A stretch of DNA of 64,000 bases from Candidatus Woesearchaeota archaeon (GTDB taxonomy: Archaea; Nanobdellota; Nanobdellia; Woesearchaeales; GW2011-AR9): assembly GCA_018303445.1 (NCBI GenBank), contig JAGVYE010000001.1:2571-66570 (forward strand). The letters run 5' to 3'. Below the pieces are notes generated by a model. That model had not been told where the DNA came from and searched no databases. It saw nothing but the letters and a program-made list of their open reading frames with translations. Below are positions 1 to 9,810 of the stretch, in pieces. The stretch's first letter is position 1. Each line of letters starts with the position of its first letter. The position numbers and the translations under genes were made by a program.

Positions 1-1257
1 AAACTGGTAATTTTTGTCATTTTGTTTGTCTTTATGCTGCACGGCTCTTTTTCCTGGATAATATTTGTTTTTTTTGTGATTCGAGATCTGGTGGCGGGAA
101 TGATTCGAATGAGGGCATCGCGGGATTTTGTCTTTATTAAAGCGGCAAATCTTTATGGCAAGGCCATAACTTCTTTGCAATTTTTCTTAGTATTTTTCTT
201 GTTAACTGAGAATGTGGCAATGTTTGGCCATAAACAAGCATTACTATTTAAGATGATTGTGGCCTCGGTTACTGTTTTCACTTCCATCATCGCTTTTTTG
301 TCTATTTTTCATTATAGTATCTCCTATGCTCACGAAATTAGGAAGAAAAAGGAAGAAGGAACAGAAATACAGGAAGAAAGAATGGTCATTTTTGCCAACA
401 AAAAATCAGGAGGTTATAAGAATGTTTATCGGCGAAGATTATTACGCCGTTTTGCACGGCGGCGAAAAGCGATTCTCTATTATTTTTCTGATGACCCTAA
501 CTTGTTTAAGGGAATAAAGGGAAAAGTGAAAGATTTTGATAATGTTATTATTGCAGGAGGCGATGGCACTTTTGAAAGTGCGCTTAATAATAAAACCTTA
601 CAAGAGAAAAGCTTGGGTTTCTTTCCGTTGGGAGCCGGCAATTCATATTACTCTTATTTTTATAAAGGGAAACGTTTCGAGTATCTGCGTTCCCGTTTTC
701 CTTTCCGTGAACTATCTTTGGACATTCTCGAAGTAGAGTGGGATAAAGGGAAAAAGTTAACTGGTTTTTTGAGCATAGGAATAGATGCTGAGGTCATGAA
801 ACAGGTCATGAAGAGACGAAATCATACTTTTGCTGATTATTGTGCTGGCGGAGTGGCAACAGCGTTTGGACCTTCCATCAACTATAATCTCCAGGGTGTG
901 GTTGATGGCACTAAATATGTTTGGGAAAATTGTTTTAATCTCATCATCGCTAAAGTGCCGTATATCGGCTATGGCCTACGTTCCTTGCTGGGACACCTGG
1001 AGCCAAATGATGGCTTGATCTTAGGAATGGCTAGTGTTAATACCCATTCTTCTATTTTTAATAAAGTGCTTCGTCTTTGGCAAATATTTCTTACTCAACT
1101 GGGGTTAGCGAAATCACCTCTCTTTCCTCTTAAAGGAAAAGTATTTGAGGTGAGAAGCACTCAACCTATAGCTCTCCAAGCAGGAGGGGAGTTTTTGGGA
1201 TATACAAAATGGCTGAGAGTACAAGTAAAAAGAAAACAGAGGGTGTTAATGATTTAA
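1..1257 (+). CDS. Lipid kinase-like protein (diacylglycerol-kinase catalytic domain, GGDGT motif) fused to an N-terminal multi-pass membrane region; 5' end truncated by window edge (frame open back to nt 1)
   Basis: 'VIIAGGDGTFESAL' matches the DAGK_cat/YegS/NAD-kinase family motif. The N-terminal ~100 aa are hydrophobic helices. There is no in-frame stop between nt 1 and 22. Confidence 0.45.
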   Translation, partial: KLVIFVILFVFMLHGSFSWIIFVFFVIRDLVAGMIRMRASRDFVFIKAANLYGKAITSLQFFLVFFLLTENVAMFGHKQALLFKMIVASVTVFTSIIAFLSIFHYSISYAHEIRKKKEEGTEIQEERMVIFANKKSGGYKNVYRRRLLRRFARRRKAILYYFSDDPNLFKGIKGKVKDFDNVIIAGGDGTFESALNNKTLQEKSLGFFPLGAGNSYYSYFYKGKRFEYLRSRFPFRELSLDILEVEWDKGKKLTGFLSIGIDAEVMKQVMKRRNHTFADYCAGGVATAFGPSINYNLQGVVDGTKYVWENCFNLIIAKVPYIGYGLRSLLGHLEPNDGLILGMASVNTHSSIFNKVLRLWQIFLTQLGLAKSPLFPLKGKVFEVRSTQPIALQAGGEFLGYTKWLRVQVKRKQRVLMI

Positions 1258-1398
1258 TGATGTGGTTAAGGATTTCCTATACTAAGAGAATGAAATTTCA
1301 GGCACCATTGTCATAAACAAATTTTCTATCACCGCAAACTTTATATAGTCTCATCCTTTCTACAAAACCCATTATAATCAAAGTGAGGGTGACAACAC

Positions 1399-1662
1399 AT
1401 GGTGGAAAAAGAGAAGGTCTATTCGCGGGAATTATTAGGGAAAACTGTGGTTTCAAAGTCAGGAAAAAAGTTTGGTGAAGTAGGGGACTTAATTTTTGAG
1501 GTTGGTTCAGGTGAACTGATTCATCTTTTGTTAAGGAATCCAACATCTTATACAGATAGAATGGAGCTTGAGAAAACAAAAGAAGGAGACATTCTCATCC
1601 CTTTCTCTGCGGTAATCGCTTCTGGGGATTATATTGTTGTAGCCGAAGAAGATATTGTTTAG
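1399..1662 (+). CDS. PRC-barrel domain protein
   Basis: 87 aa with 'VVSKSGKKFGEVGDLIFEVGSGELIHLLL ... ILIPFSAVIASGDYIVV', typical of an archaeal PRC barrel. Shine-Dalgarno 'gtgagggtga' upstream. Confidence 0.5.
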   Translation: MVEKEKVYSRELLGKTVVSKSGKKFGEVGDLIFEVGSGELIHLLLRNPTSYTDRMELEKTKEGDILIPFSAVIASGDYIVVAEEDIV

Positions 1663-1715
1663 AGTGCATGTAAAAAGGTTTTTAACATTCTCTTCTTTCT
1701 TTTAGCTAGAAAAGT

Positions 1716-2198
1716 TTACATCTCCTCTTCTTTCGCACCGGAAAACTCGTGGTCCATTTTTTTCACATATTCTTTTATTCTAGACGTGACGGTTTTCAGC
1801 AAGAAATTCTCAATTTTTTCTTCAAAGATTTCTGAAATTTCTCCCCATTCTGTAATTCGATAGAGATTCGCATTCGTTTCAATGAGATGAAGGTTTTTGA
1901 GTCTTTTAAGCTGTCTCCTGATATTTGAAGAAGCAATTCCCAACATGGCGTGACCATTCTTTTTCCGGTAATCCATGACCAGATTTTTAATTTCTTCAGA
2001 GTGCAGTTCTTCCCGGCGCTGTTTTGCAAGCAATAATTGATGAAGCACGTCTACAACCACATCTCTCGAATCTCCCGGCTGGAGCAAACCAATGGAAAGA
2101 CAGAATTTTCTCACCAGGTCACGGTCATTCATGGTCGGTTTTTCGTACCTTCTGAGTGTAACCTCTACTAAAGGCGTATCCCTTGAAATTTTTCCCAT
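1716..2198 (-). CDS. Putative helix-turn-helix transcriptional regulator (COG1709-like)
   Basis: 160 aa, basic helical N-terminal half. Weak family assignment only. Confidence 0.3.
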   Translation of the reverse strand: MGKISRDTPLVEVTLRRYEKPTMNDRDLVRKFCLSIGLLQPGDSRDVVVDVLHQLLLAKQRREELHSEEIKNLVMDYRKKNGHAMLGIASSNIRRQLKRLKNLHLIETNANLYRITEWGEISEIFEEKIENFLLKTVTSRIKEYVKKMDHEFSGAKEEEM

Positions 2199-2219
2199 TA
2201 TTTATCAACTCCTTTTTTT

Positions 2220-3989
2220 TTATTGGTGTAAGTACCAAAGAGATATTTTATTTTTTTCTTTTTTATCAACACGAGCGAAAAACATCCGCTCTAACTGAAT
2301 AATGTCTCCTTCATTAAGGCTTTGCATGTTTTTTTCTCCTTTTCCTTGTAAAGTGGTTCCGTCAGGCATAAGAATCTCTCCGTCTATTGTTTCGTTAACG
2401 GGAAGCCAATGGATAATTTTGCCTTTATTCTCTGCGTTTTTGTATTCCTTGTAATCAGCAGAGGCAAAAGAGAATCCGACCTTATCAACTTTAAAATTAC
2501 AACAATCCATGAGGCGATGAATTCTTTTTGCCGCAAGATCTAACGAATCTTCTGTTGAAATGAAAAATTTCCCATTAACATGAAGCAAACGTTTTCCTTG
2601 TTCTGGAAAATCGGGGTGAAGATTAATAAAAACTTCTTTTTTCACTAAGCTTTTTATCATTATTTCTTTGGGCTTATCAATAAAAAAATAACGATATGCT
2701 TTTGGTTCAATAAGTTCTCGGTTAAAAGAGTTGATACTTTTCCAAAATTCTTCCATGGTAACGGTTTTGTCGTTAAGACTTAAGCCCATTTCTAAAGCAA
2801 AGCGATGAAATGCTATAGCTTGGTAACCTCTTCTTCGTAAGGCTGGAAGAAAAGGTAGTCTTATGTCTTCCCAATCCTGATACTGCTTTCGTTCGATAGC
2901 AATCTTTGTTTTTGAGGTACTCAATTCAAATCCGTCAAAGTTAATCCTGCCCCAGTGCTTGTACTCTGGGCTTTTCCATCCCAAATATTCCATGATCATT
3001 TTTTCTTTTATTGCATTATCTGCGTGATCCTTACCATTCAGTACATGTGTTACACCTAATTCATGGTCGTCTATTGCTACCGAATAAACCATTAACGGCC
3101 AGACGCGTTGCTCTTTTCCCATCTTGGGATGAACGTGTTCAACAATTCTCAGGATCCCAAAATCCCGCATCGCTGGATTTTTATCTTTGATATTCGTCTT
3201 TAATCGCAAGATAGCTTCCCCTTCAGCATAATTGTTAAACATTTTTGCATAGCGTAGCAGCTGTTCTTTCTGCGTAAGAGAACGGCAGGAACAAGGCGTT
3301 CCTTTATTTTTCATATCTCGCCATTCATCAGCATTGCATGTGCAAACATATGCTTTTCCTACGGCAACTAACTTTTCTGCATAATCATAATATATTCCTA
3401 AACGGGATGATTGCACTATAACCTGAGCTACACCATTGCCTGTCAACCATTGCGCATCTCGTTCAATAAGTTCATATGCTGGTGGATAAATATTCTCCGG
3501 ATTGGTATCTTCAATTCGTAACAATAATTTACCCCCATACATTTTAGCATATTCATGATTTAACGCTACACCATAGGCATGGCCAATGTGGAGCGGCCCG
3601 CTCGGTGAGGGAGCAATACGAACAACAACTTTTCCTATAGTGGCATTTGGTAGGGGCTTAAGCGGGCCTGGCAGAACTTCTTCTTTTTGTTGCAGAAGTT
3701 CTGGAGCAATGGTGAGAAGTTTCTTCTGTATTTGTTCTACTGTTAAAGCTTCAACTTTCTTGACAACGTTTTCAATTTCTTTGATTAAAAAAGGGACCTC
3801 TTTTTTGAACTCCGGACGTTCTCGTAAAGTTTGTCCAAGAACGACATTTTTATTTACTTTTCCTGAAAAATCGGCGGCATTTTTGAGAGCAAATTTAAGA
3901 ATCGTTTTTTGCATGGCAGAAGTATCTTCTTTTCTAGCGATGCGGTTTTTTGTCGTATTATTCTCTTTCTTCCTTGAAGATTTCATCAA
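2220..3989 (-). CDS. gltX: Glutamyl-tRNA synthetase, archaeal/eukaryotic (GlxRS) type
   Basis: Class I HIGH motif 'PSGPLHIGHAYG', 589 aa, long N-terminal basic extension. Confidence 0.8.
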   Translation of the reverse strand: MMKSSRKKENNTTKNRIARKEDTSAMQKTILKFALKNAADFSGKVNKNVVLGQTLRERPEFKKEVPFLIKEIENVVKKVEALTVEQIQKKLLTIAPELLQQKEEVLPGPLKPLPNATIGKVVVRIAPSPSGPLHIGHAYGVALNHEYAKMYGGKLLLRIEDTNPENIYPPAYELIERDAQWLTGNGVAQVIVQSSRLGIYYDYAEKLVAVGKAYVCTCNADEWRDMKNKGTPCSCRSLTQKEQLLRYAKMFNNYAEGEAILRLKTNIKDKNPAMRDFGILRIVEHVHPKMGKEQRVWPLMVYSVAIDDHELGVTHVLNGKDHADNAIKEKMIMEYLGWKSPEYKHWGRINFDGFELSTSKTKIAIERKQYQDWEDIRLPFLPALRRRGYQAIAFHRFALEMGLSLNDKTVTMEEFWKSINSFNRELIEPKAYRYFFIDKPKEIMIKSLVKKEVFINLHPDFPEQGKRLLHVNGKFFISTEDSLDLAAKRIHRLMDCCNFKVDKVGFSFASADYKEYKNAENKGKIIHWLPVNETIDGEILMPDGTTLQGKGEKNMQSLNEGDIIQLERMFFARVDKKEKNKISLWYLHQ

Positions 3990-4024
3990 GAATTAGAAAT
4001 AAGTAATGATTATTAAATGTTTTT

Positions 4025-4084
4025 GTTTTTGTAGAGCTTGTCGTAGGGAAATAGTTTCGGGATAACACCTGTTTTTGTAGAGCT
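4025..4084. repeat. Perfect 14-nt direct repeat 'gtttttgtagagct' (4025-4038 and 4071-4084) in the gltX upstream region
   Basis: Read directly in the sequence. Two copies 46 bp apart. Confidence 0.6.
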
Positions 4085-4090
4085 AGAATA

Positions 4091-4900
4091 TTAAAACTTT
4101 CCTTTTTCAACCAATTTTTTCATTTTCTTGATGAAATCATCCGCTTCCTGGTATAATTTTTCATACTCGGGGCCTTTTACTTCTTGGATATCACGGTGAG
4201 TAATTTCTTTACTTATTTTGTAGAACTTGCGCATTGTTTCTATGTATTTTTTCTCGAGAAGGTTATGGCGGACATAAATTTTTTCTAATAGATCAGCGAT
4301 ATGGTCAGGGGTAGGCGGAACTTGGTCAGCGCGCATCAGGGCGGCATGGGCAGAGTCAATTACGGCCCAGTAGAGGTCAAGAGTGGCCTGCAGTACGTGC
4401 CATCGGGAATTGGCGAGGGTTTTAGGAGCTCGGCCATAATACCGCCAAATGCTCTCTTCAGAAGGGCGAATACGGCCTTGTTTAAGTAGAAGTTGTAATG
4501 GAGTGAAAAAGCCAGTATCATATAGGGCAATTCCATCCCGCAACATATTTACCAAAATGGGATCTCCTGCTTTAGCATGTTCCCAAAAGGAGCTGTAGGT
4601 CATGGAAGTGATGTGCAGTTTAAGGGAAGTACGGCAGACAAGGTTCTCAATAATAAGACGATATCCTTCAATAACTGCTTCCGTGATAAGCATGCCTACA
4701 TCGTCAATAACAACCAGAATGTCAATGTCACTTTTGTCTGTTGTTTCCCTACGTACAGAACTGCCAAAAGCGACAACGCCTACTAAAAAATCTTGCAGTT
4801 CTTTCTTGAGCTGATCAGTGAACTTTCTGGCGATGGCTAAGTCTTCCGTAGGATACTTGTGAAGGTTTTCATTCTCTTTTCTCTGGATGCGAAACTCCAT
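4091..4900 (-). CDS. Nucleotidyltransferase (Pol-beta superfamily) domain protein with C-terminal helical HEPN-like domain
   Basis: 'VVAFGSSVRRETTDKSDIDILVVIDD' is the minimal-nucleotidyltransferase GS...DxD motif. C-terminal ~150 aa are all-helical. Confidence 0.5.
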   Translation of the reverse strand: MEFRIQRKENENLHKYPTEDLAIARKFTDQLKKELQDFLVGVVAFGSSVRRETTDKSDIDILVVIDDVGMLITEAVIEGYRLIIENLVCRTSLKLHITSMTYSSFWEHAKAGDPILVNMLRDGIALYDTGFFTPLQLLLKQGRIRPSEESIWRYYGRAPKTLANSRWHVLQATLDLYWAVIDSAHAALMRADQVPPTPDHIADLLEKIYVRHNLLEKKYIETMRKFYKISKEITHRDIQEVKGPEYEKLYQEADDFIKKMKKLVEKGKF

Positions 4901-5199
4901 GGATATACCTAGAGTCAGTTAGCGTTATTAAGATTTGTTAACTACTCTGAAGGAGTTTTTCCACGAAACGAGGTTTTAAAGTATTTATTTGACCAATGAC
5001 AAAGAATGAATCACAAAGAAGGTGTGTGACAAGCCCAATAAACTCAAATAGTTTAGTAGTGATAAACAGACAAACAGGATCCTATTCTTCTAATCTCTCG
5101 TTTGTAAAACATCCTCTCAAAAATTATTTTCTTAATAATACAAATCTTTATAAATTAACTTCTGTCTGAAGGGTGTGAAAAAGGGGAAGGTGGTTATAC

Positions 5200-6348
5200 A
5201 TGGAACAGAAGCAACTTGATGAAATTGATGAGTCTTATTTTGGTGAAGAGTTTATTGATGAAGCAGCAGAAGAAGTCATGAAAGAAGGAGAAGGAAGCGA
5301 GAAGAAAGGGAACTCTTCATCAAAATTAAAAGGGTCTTCTCTCAAAAAGATGAAGAAAAGCAGCGTCAAAAGTTCTGTTCCAAAAGAAAAAGAAGCGGAT
5401 GATGATCATTCCAGTGAGGTGAAAATTATTTCTCTAAAAGAGGAAAATGATATAAAAGACAGTCCAACTAAAAAGGAGGAAGCGGTGTTGAAAGCATCTA
5501 AAGAAGCTGCGGAAAAATCCTCTCCTCCCGTTGATCCTTGGGCGAAAGAAGAACAAGAGGGATCCTTCTTTAAAGAAGCCTCGACATGGAAAGCCGTTAC
5601 CGGGATTGTTATAATCCTCCTTATTTTTTCCGTTTTCACGGAAGGCTTTAAGTTTTCGGGAGGAAGTTTTGCTGCTCAAGAACTAATTTTGCCCCTTTCC
5701 GATGCCGAGAAAAAGGCATTAGAGTATGTGAATACCAATTTAGTTCAGGCCCCATTTTTGGCTTCTGTTTCTGCAACGAAGGATGTGGGGAAGTTTTATA
5801 AAATAACTTTTGCCGTTGCTGGTCAAACTGTTGACTCTTACTTAACAAAAGATGGAAAAATGTTCTTTCCTGTCGGATATAATACTTCCAAGTCATTATC
5901 GCAACAAATAGGGGGTGAAGAACTTAATGTAAACCCGGGAGGGGTGAATACAGCAACAGAGGGTTCTCCAATTGTCTCTGGCGAAGAAGTCCAAAAAGAA
6001 GTTGTAGGAGAAGAAACTATTTCTGCTGATAATGAAACGAAAGTTGTTCTTGAAGAAGAAACGGAAGTTCCAGTTGCAAAAGGAGATAGTCGGGAATTTT
6101 CCCTGACGGCAAAACGCTGGTTATTTTCACCTACTAGTTTTACTGTCAATAAAGGCGATAATGTTGTCCTTACCATTAATCCACAAAATCTTGATTTTAC
6201 ATTCGGTATTCCTGAATTAGGCGTTGAGGAAGAAGTAAAAGGGCCTACTACGGTGGAATTTACAGCTTCAAAGGAAGGCACGTTCATGTTTTCCTGCCGT
6301 AGTTGTGAAGCGTGGAGAGGAATGCAGGGAGAGATTATTGTTAAATAG
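5200..6348 (+). CDS. Membrane-anchored protein with acidic/Lys-rich N-terminus, one TM helix and a C-terminal cupredoxin-like (COX2/NosZ-like) domain with degenerate copper-site motif
   Basis: C-terminal 'LTINPQNLDFTFGIPELGVEEEVKGPTTVEFTASKEGTFMFSCRSCEAWRGMQGEIIV' follows the cupredoxin pattern 'HSF.IP.LG ... G.Y...CSELCG..H..M', but the His ligands are absent and the Cys spacing is altered. Confidence 0.45.
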   Translation: MEQKQLDEIDESYFGEEFIDEAAEEVMKEGEGSEKKGNSSSKLKGSSLKKMKKSSVKSSVPKEKEADDDHSSEVKIISLKEENDIKDSPTKKEEAVLKASKEAAEKSSPPVDPWAKEEQEGSFFKEASTWKAVTGIVIILLIFSVFTEGFKFSGGSFAAQELILPLSDAEKKALEYVNTNLVQAPFLASVSATKDVGKFYKITFAVAGQTVDSYLTKDGKMFFPVGYNTSKSLSQQIGGEELNVNPGGVNTATEGSPIVSGEEVQKEVVGEETISADNETKVVLEEETEVPVAKGDSREFSLTAKRWLFSPTSFTVNKGDNVVLTINPQNLDFTFGIPELGVEEEVKGPTTVEFTASKEGTFMFSCRSCEAWRGMQGEIIVK

Positions 6349-6396
6349 GTTCATTTAAAGGAAAAGCTTTTAAGTTCCTCTTCTCTTTTCTTTTTT

Positions 6397-6990
6397 ATGG
6401 GAGAAGCGAATAAGAAACTCTTTAGCAAAATTGTCCTTATTTTTTTTTTGCTGATGATTGTGGTCGGCTTTTCTGTGCCAACTTTTCTTTTTGGGAACAA
6501 TGGTAACACACCCCCGCCAGGTACTGAACCCCGGCTTTGTCAAAGCGATGCGGATTGTTATCTTCTCTGTGATGATAAGCCTGTATCTATACTCTGCACA
6601 CAAAACCTTTGTCATCAGAATACCTGTGATCAGTTTTCCTATTACGAGTTTAAAGAGCAGCCAACAACTTTTTCATTGGAAGTATTGGTTAATACGGAAA
6701 AAATTAACCTTGGGCGACGAGAGCCTCCACGTACACTTTTCATTAAAGTGAATAATGATACTATCCAGATGTTCTCTTCTCAAATGACCCTGAACCAGGT
6801 TCTGGAAAAATTAGTTCTCTCTCTGGATAACCAATGCCTCTCTGTAGGTTCTTTATCATATTGTACAACTGCGGACCATTTTCTCTCTCTCTCCATAAAT
6901 AGCAATGAATCTTTTGCTTTTGACCGATATGTACCGCAAGAGAATGACCGGATTATCCTTTCTTACCTCCCACGAAATCCGATTTCGTAA
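6397..6990 (+). CDS. Secreted/membrane-anchored Cys-rich hypothetical protein
   Basis: N-terminal TM/signal helix followed by a 'CQSDADCYLLCDDKPVSILCTQNLCHQNTC' cysteine cluster. Confidence 0.3.
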   Translation: MGEANKKLFSKIVLIFFLLMIVVGFSVPTFLFGNNGNTPPPGTEPRLCQSDADCYLLCDDKPVSILCTQNLCHQNTCDQFSYYEFKEQPTTFSLEVLVNTEKINLGRREPPRTLFIKVNNDTIQMFSSQMTLNQVLEKLVLSLDNQCLSVGSLSYCTTADHFLSLSINSNESFAFDRYVPQENDRIILSYLPRNPIS

Positions 6991-7009
6991 ATGAAAAAAG
7001 ACTACTAAT

Positions 7010-8254
7010 ATGGTGTTTACAAAATTCCTGGAAAAAATAGCGCTTTTGGCAAGATTAAGCGTAAAGGAGCGAAAGCTCCTTTCTACACCAGATCACGTTT
7101 GGAAAGCAGTACTTACGGTCAATGGGAAAAAGTATCCTGCCTATCGAATTCAGTTTAATAATGCTCGTGGACCATACAAAGGGGGAGTACGGTATCATCC
7201 TGAAGTTACAGAAGAAGAAGTAACGGACCTCGCGTTCTGGATGACCTTAAAAACAGCAGTCGCGGATCTGCCTTTCGGTGGTGGAAAGGGGGGAGTGGAA
7301 GTCGACCCGAAAGAATTGTCTGGAGGAGAATTAGAAGAGCTTAGTCGGGCGTATATCCGTGCTTTTTACAAACATCTTGGACCAGAGGTTGATATTCCTG
7401 CACCTGATGTTTATACAACCCCGCAAATAATGGCGTGGATGAGGGATGAATATGAGAAGCTTACGGGGAAAGCTGCTCCAGCAGTCATCACTGGAAAACC
7501 TTTGGAGAACGGGGGCTCGAAGGTTCGGGATATCGCTACGGCACTGGGAGGGGTTTATATCTTGGAAGAACTGCTGCGCCAGGTTTCAATTAATACTAAA
7601 ACGGTGGCCATTCAGGGTTTTGGCAATGCGGGCTATAATGCGGCAAAATTCTTACATAAACAGGGATATGTAGTAGTCGCGGTTTCTGATTCTAAAGGAG
7701 GGATCTATAAGCAGGAAGGAATAGTTCCGGAGAAAGTCTGGGAAATAAAAGAAAAAGAAGGAAGGTTGGGATGTTATGATGTCGGAACAGGAAGTTCCAT
7801 TAATGAGATTAAGAAAGATGGTTCTTGTAAGATTATCAGCAATGAGGACTTGTTGGAACTTCCTGTTGACATTCTTATCCCCGCGGCGTTAGGCGGCGTT
7901 ATAACAAAAGAAAATGCGGGAAACGTAAAGGCAAAAATAATTTTAGAATTAGCTAACGGTCCTACTACTGCGGAAGCAGATGAGATTCTTCATAAGAAAG
8001 GAATTCTTGTTATTCCAGATATTCTGGCAAATAGCGGAGGGGTGACGGTTTCGTATTTTGAGTGGGTACAGAATCTTCGTCATGAATCATGGGATGAAAA
8101 AACAGTCCAAGAGAAGCTGCAGAAGAAAATAACTGATGCCTTTCGATTGCTCTGGAAAGAGTTTAAGAAAAAAGATCAGAGCCTGAGGACTACAGCTTAT
8201 ATTTTTGCGATACGCAAAATTTTAGAAGCAGAGAAAAATAGAGGAAGGATTTAG
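7010..8254 (+). CDS. gdhA: Glutamate dehydrogenase
   Basis: 'LPFGGGKGGVEVDPKELS' catalytic Lys/Gly motif. NAD(P)-binding 'QGFGNAGYNAAKFL'. 414 aa. Confidence 0.85.
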   Translation: MVFTKFLEKIALLARLSVKERKLLSTPDHVWKAVLTVNGKKYPAYRIQFNNARGPYKGGVRYHPEVTEEEVTDLAFWMTLKTAVADLPFGGGKGGVEVDPKELSGGELEELSRAYIRAFYKHLGPEVDIPAPDVYTTPQIMAWMRDEYEKLTGKAAPAVITGKPLENGGSKVRDIATALGGVYILEELLRQVSINTKTVAIQGFGNAGYNAAKFLHKQGYVVVAVSDSKGGIYKQEGIVPEKVWEIKEKEGRLGCYDVGTGSSINEIKKDGSCKIISNEDLLELPVDILIPAALGGVITKENAGNVKAKIILELANGPTTAEADEILHKKGILVIPDILANSGGVTVSYFEWVQNLRHESWDEKTVQEKLQKKITDAFRLLWKEFKKKDQSLRTTAYIFAIRKILEAEKNRGRI

Positions 8255-8757
8255 ATGCTTCCTCTTCATTCTTATTGTCAGACTGATACAATCGCAAAAC
8301 CACGATTATTAATATTAGCTATAGAATTACCTGAACTTCAAACAGATTTAAGATGGTCATTATTTTCACGCCTCTGCTCAAGGGTGGCTGGTGTAGAAGT
8401 AGCTGGATCAGTAGCTTCACCATATTCTATAAATTCTTTATTGAATTGGGCCGTATTAGGAAGAAGTACAAGTCAAGACCACTTTTTAGGGGGGTGTTCA
8501 AAGAGGATGCGAATTATACGTAGGGATAAGAACTCCAGAAAAAGAATATGATGGCCGAAGAAGTGAAGATGGTAGATTTGATCTATATCAATTAGGTGAA
8601 CGTGGGTTTGCTTTAGCTACACAAAATAACATCCCTGCGATTCTATTAGCTCATTATGACCAACAGACCATTTGCGACTTTGTAAGGAATAATACGAGAT
8701 AAATTTTTATCTCTTTTTGGAGAGAAGTTTACCCATAGTTTTATATAAACAACTTTA

Positions 8758-9810
8758 TTGTTTTTAAGTATGCTCGCGGCATTTACTTTATTGAAAACAG
8801 CGCAAAAAGTGAAAGAGTTTCTCTTTCAAAAGAAAGCTTTACATACAGAGTATCTTCCACAAAAGCAGTTAGACCATATTTATTTTCCCATGGCGAAAAA
8901 AATTCGCGTTCCTTCTGCGCAGATCGTGGACACGAAGTTCTCGTTTGAGAAGAAACTACGGAGTCTTAGAATTGAAGATTTGTTGGAAGGGAAATTGACA
9001 AAGAAAGAATTCACACTCTTGCCACGTTCTCAGGAGATAATAGGTTCGATCATGATTCTGGAAATTCTTCCAGAATTGGAAAAAAAAGAAAAAATTATTG
9101 CTGAAGCCTATCTTACGCTTACGAAGCACATCCAAACAGTCGTTAAGAAGAAAGAAGTTCACTCTGGTGTTTTCAGGACACGGAGAGTACAAATTATCGC
9201 TGGCAAAAGGACGAAAGAAACCATCCATTATGAGAATGGAATAAAACTTAAAGTTCATTTGGAAAAAACATATTTTACGTCTCGTTTAGCAAATGAGCGG
9301 TTACGTATTGCCAAGCTAGTACAGAAAGATGAAGAAGTTCTGGTGATGTTCTCTGGGGTAGCGCCGTATCCTTTAGTTATTGCTAAAAACTCTGAAGCAA
9401 AGAAAGTGTATGGGATAGAGATAAATCCTTTTGCTCATCAGTATGCCTTAGAAAATATTGCTCTTAATAAATTAGAAGATAAAGTTGTGATTTATGAAGG
9501 CGATGTGCGAAATCTTCTCCCTAAACTAAGAAAGAAGTTTGACCGTATCGTGATGCCATTACCTAAAACTGGGGAAGAATTTTTATATTTGGTTTTACCA
9601 AGGTTAAAACATAATGGTTTTATTCATCTCTATGCTTTTTTAGAAGAAGGAAAAATTGAAGCAGAGAGAAAACAAATCCTTGAAAGAGGCAGGGTTCTAG
9701 GGTATAGTTTGGAATGCAGGACAATAGTTACATGCGGTCAATTCTCACCAAGTACGTTTCGTGTCTGTTTCGATTTAAAAATGAGAGAAAAGAGAAAAAA
9801 GAAGATTTAA
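8758..9810 (+). CDS. trm5: tRNA (guanine37-N1)-methyltransferase Trm5 / Taw2-like SAM methyltransferase
   Basis: 'EVLVMFSGVAPYPLVIAKNSEAKKVYGIEINPFAHQYALENIALNKLEDKVVIYEGDVRNLL' is a Met-10+ class I methyltransferase core. Confidence 0.6.
   Translation: MFLSMLAAFTLLKTAQKVKEFLFQKKALHTEYLPQKQLDHIYFPMAKKIRVPSAQIVDTKFSFEKKLRSLRIEDLLEGKLTKKEFTLLPRSQEIIGSIMILEILPELEKKEKIIAEAYLTLTKHIQTVVKKKEVHSGVFRTRRVQIIAGKRTKETIHYENGIKLKVHLEKTYFTSRLANERLRIAKLVQKDEEVLVMFSGVAPYPLVIAKNSEAKKVYGIEINPFAHQYALENIALNKLEDKVVIYEGDVRNLLPKLRKKFDRIVMPLPKTGEEFLYLVLPRLKHNGFIHLYAFLEEGKIEAERKQILERGRVLGYSLECRTIVTCGQFSPSTFRVCFDLKMREKRKKKI

Noticed and set aside
4025-4084. A 14-nt perfect direct repeat was considered as a mini CRISPR array or MITE
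   Set aside because: There are only two copies, no repeat-spacer periodicity and no cas genes. It is more likely promoter-region repeats upstream of gltX.
5200-6348. The cupredoxin domain was considered as a functional CuA copper centre (COX2/NosZ-like)
   Set aside because: Both conserved His ligands are missing and the Cys-Cys spacing is CxxC rather than CxExC. Canonical binuclear CuA binding is therefore unlikely.
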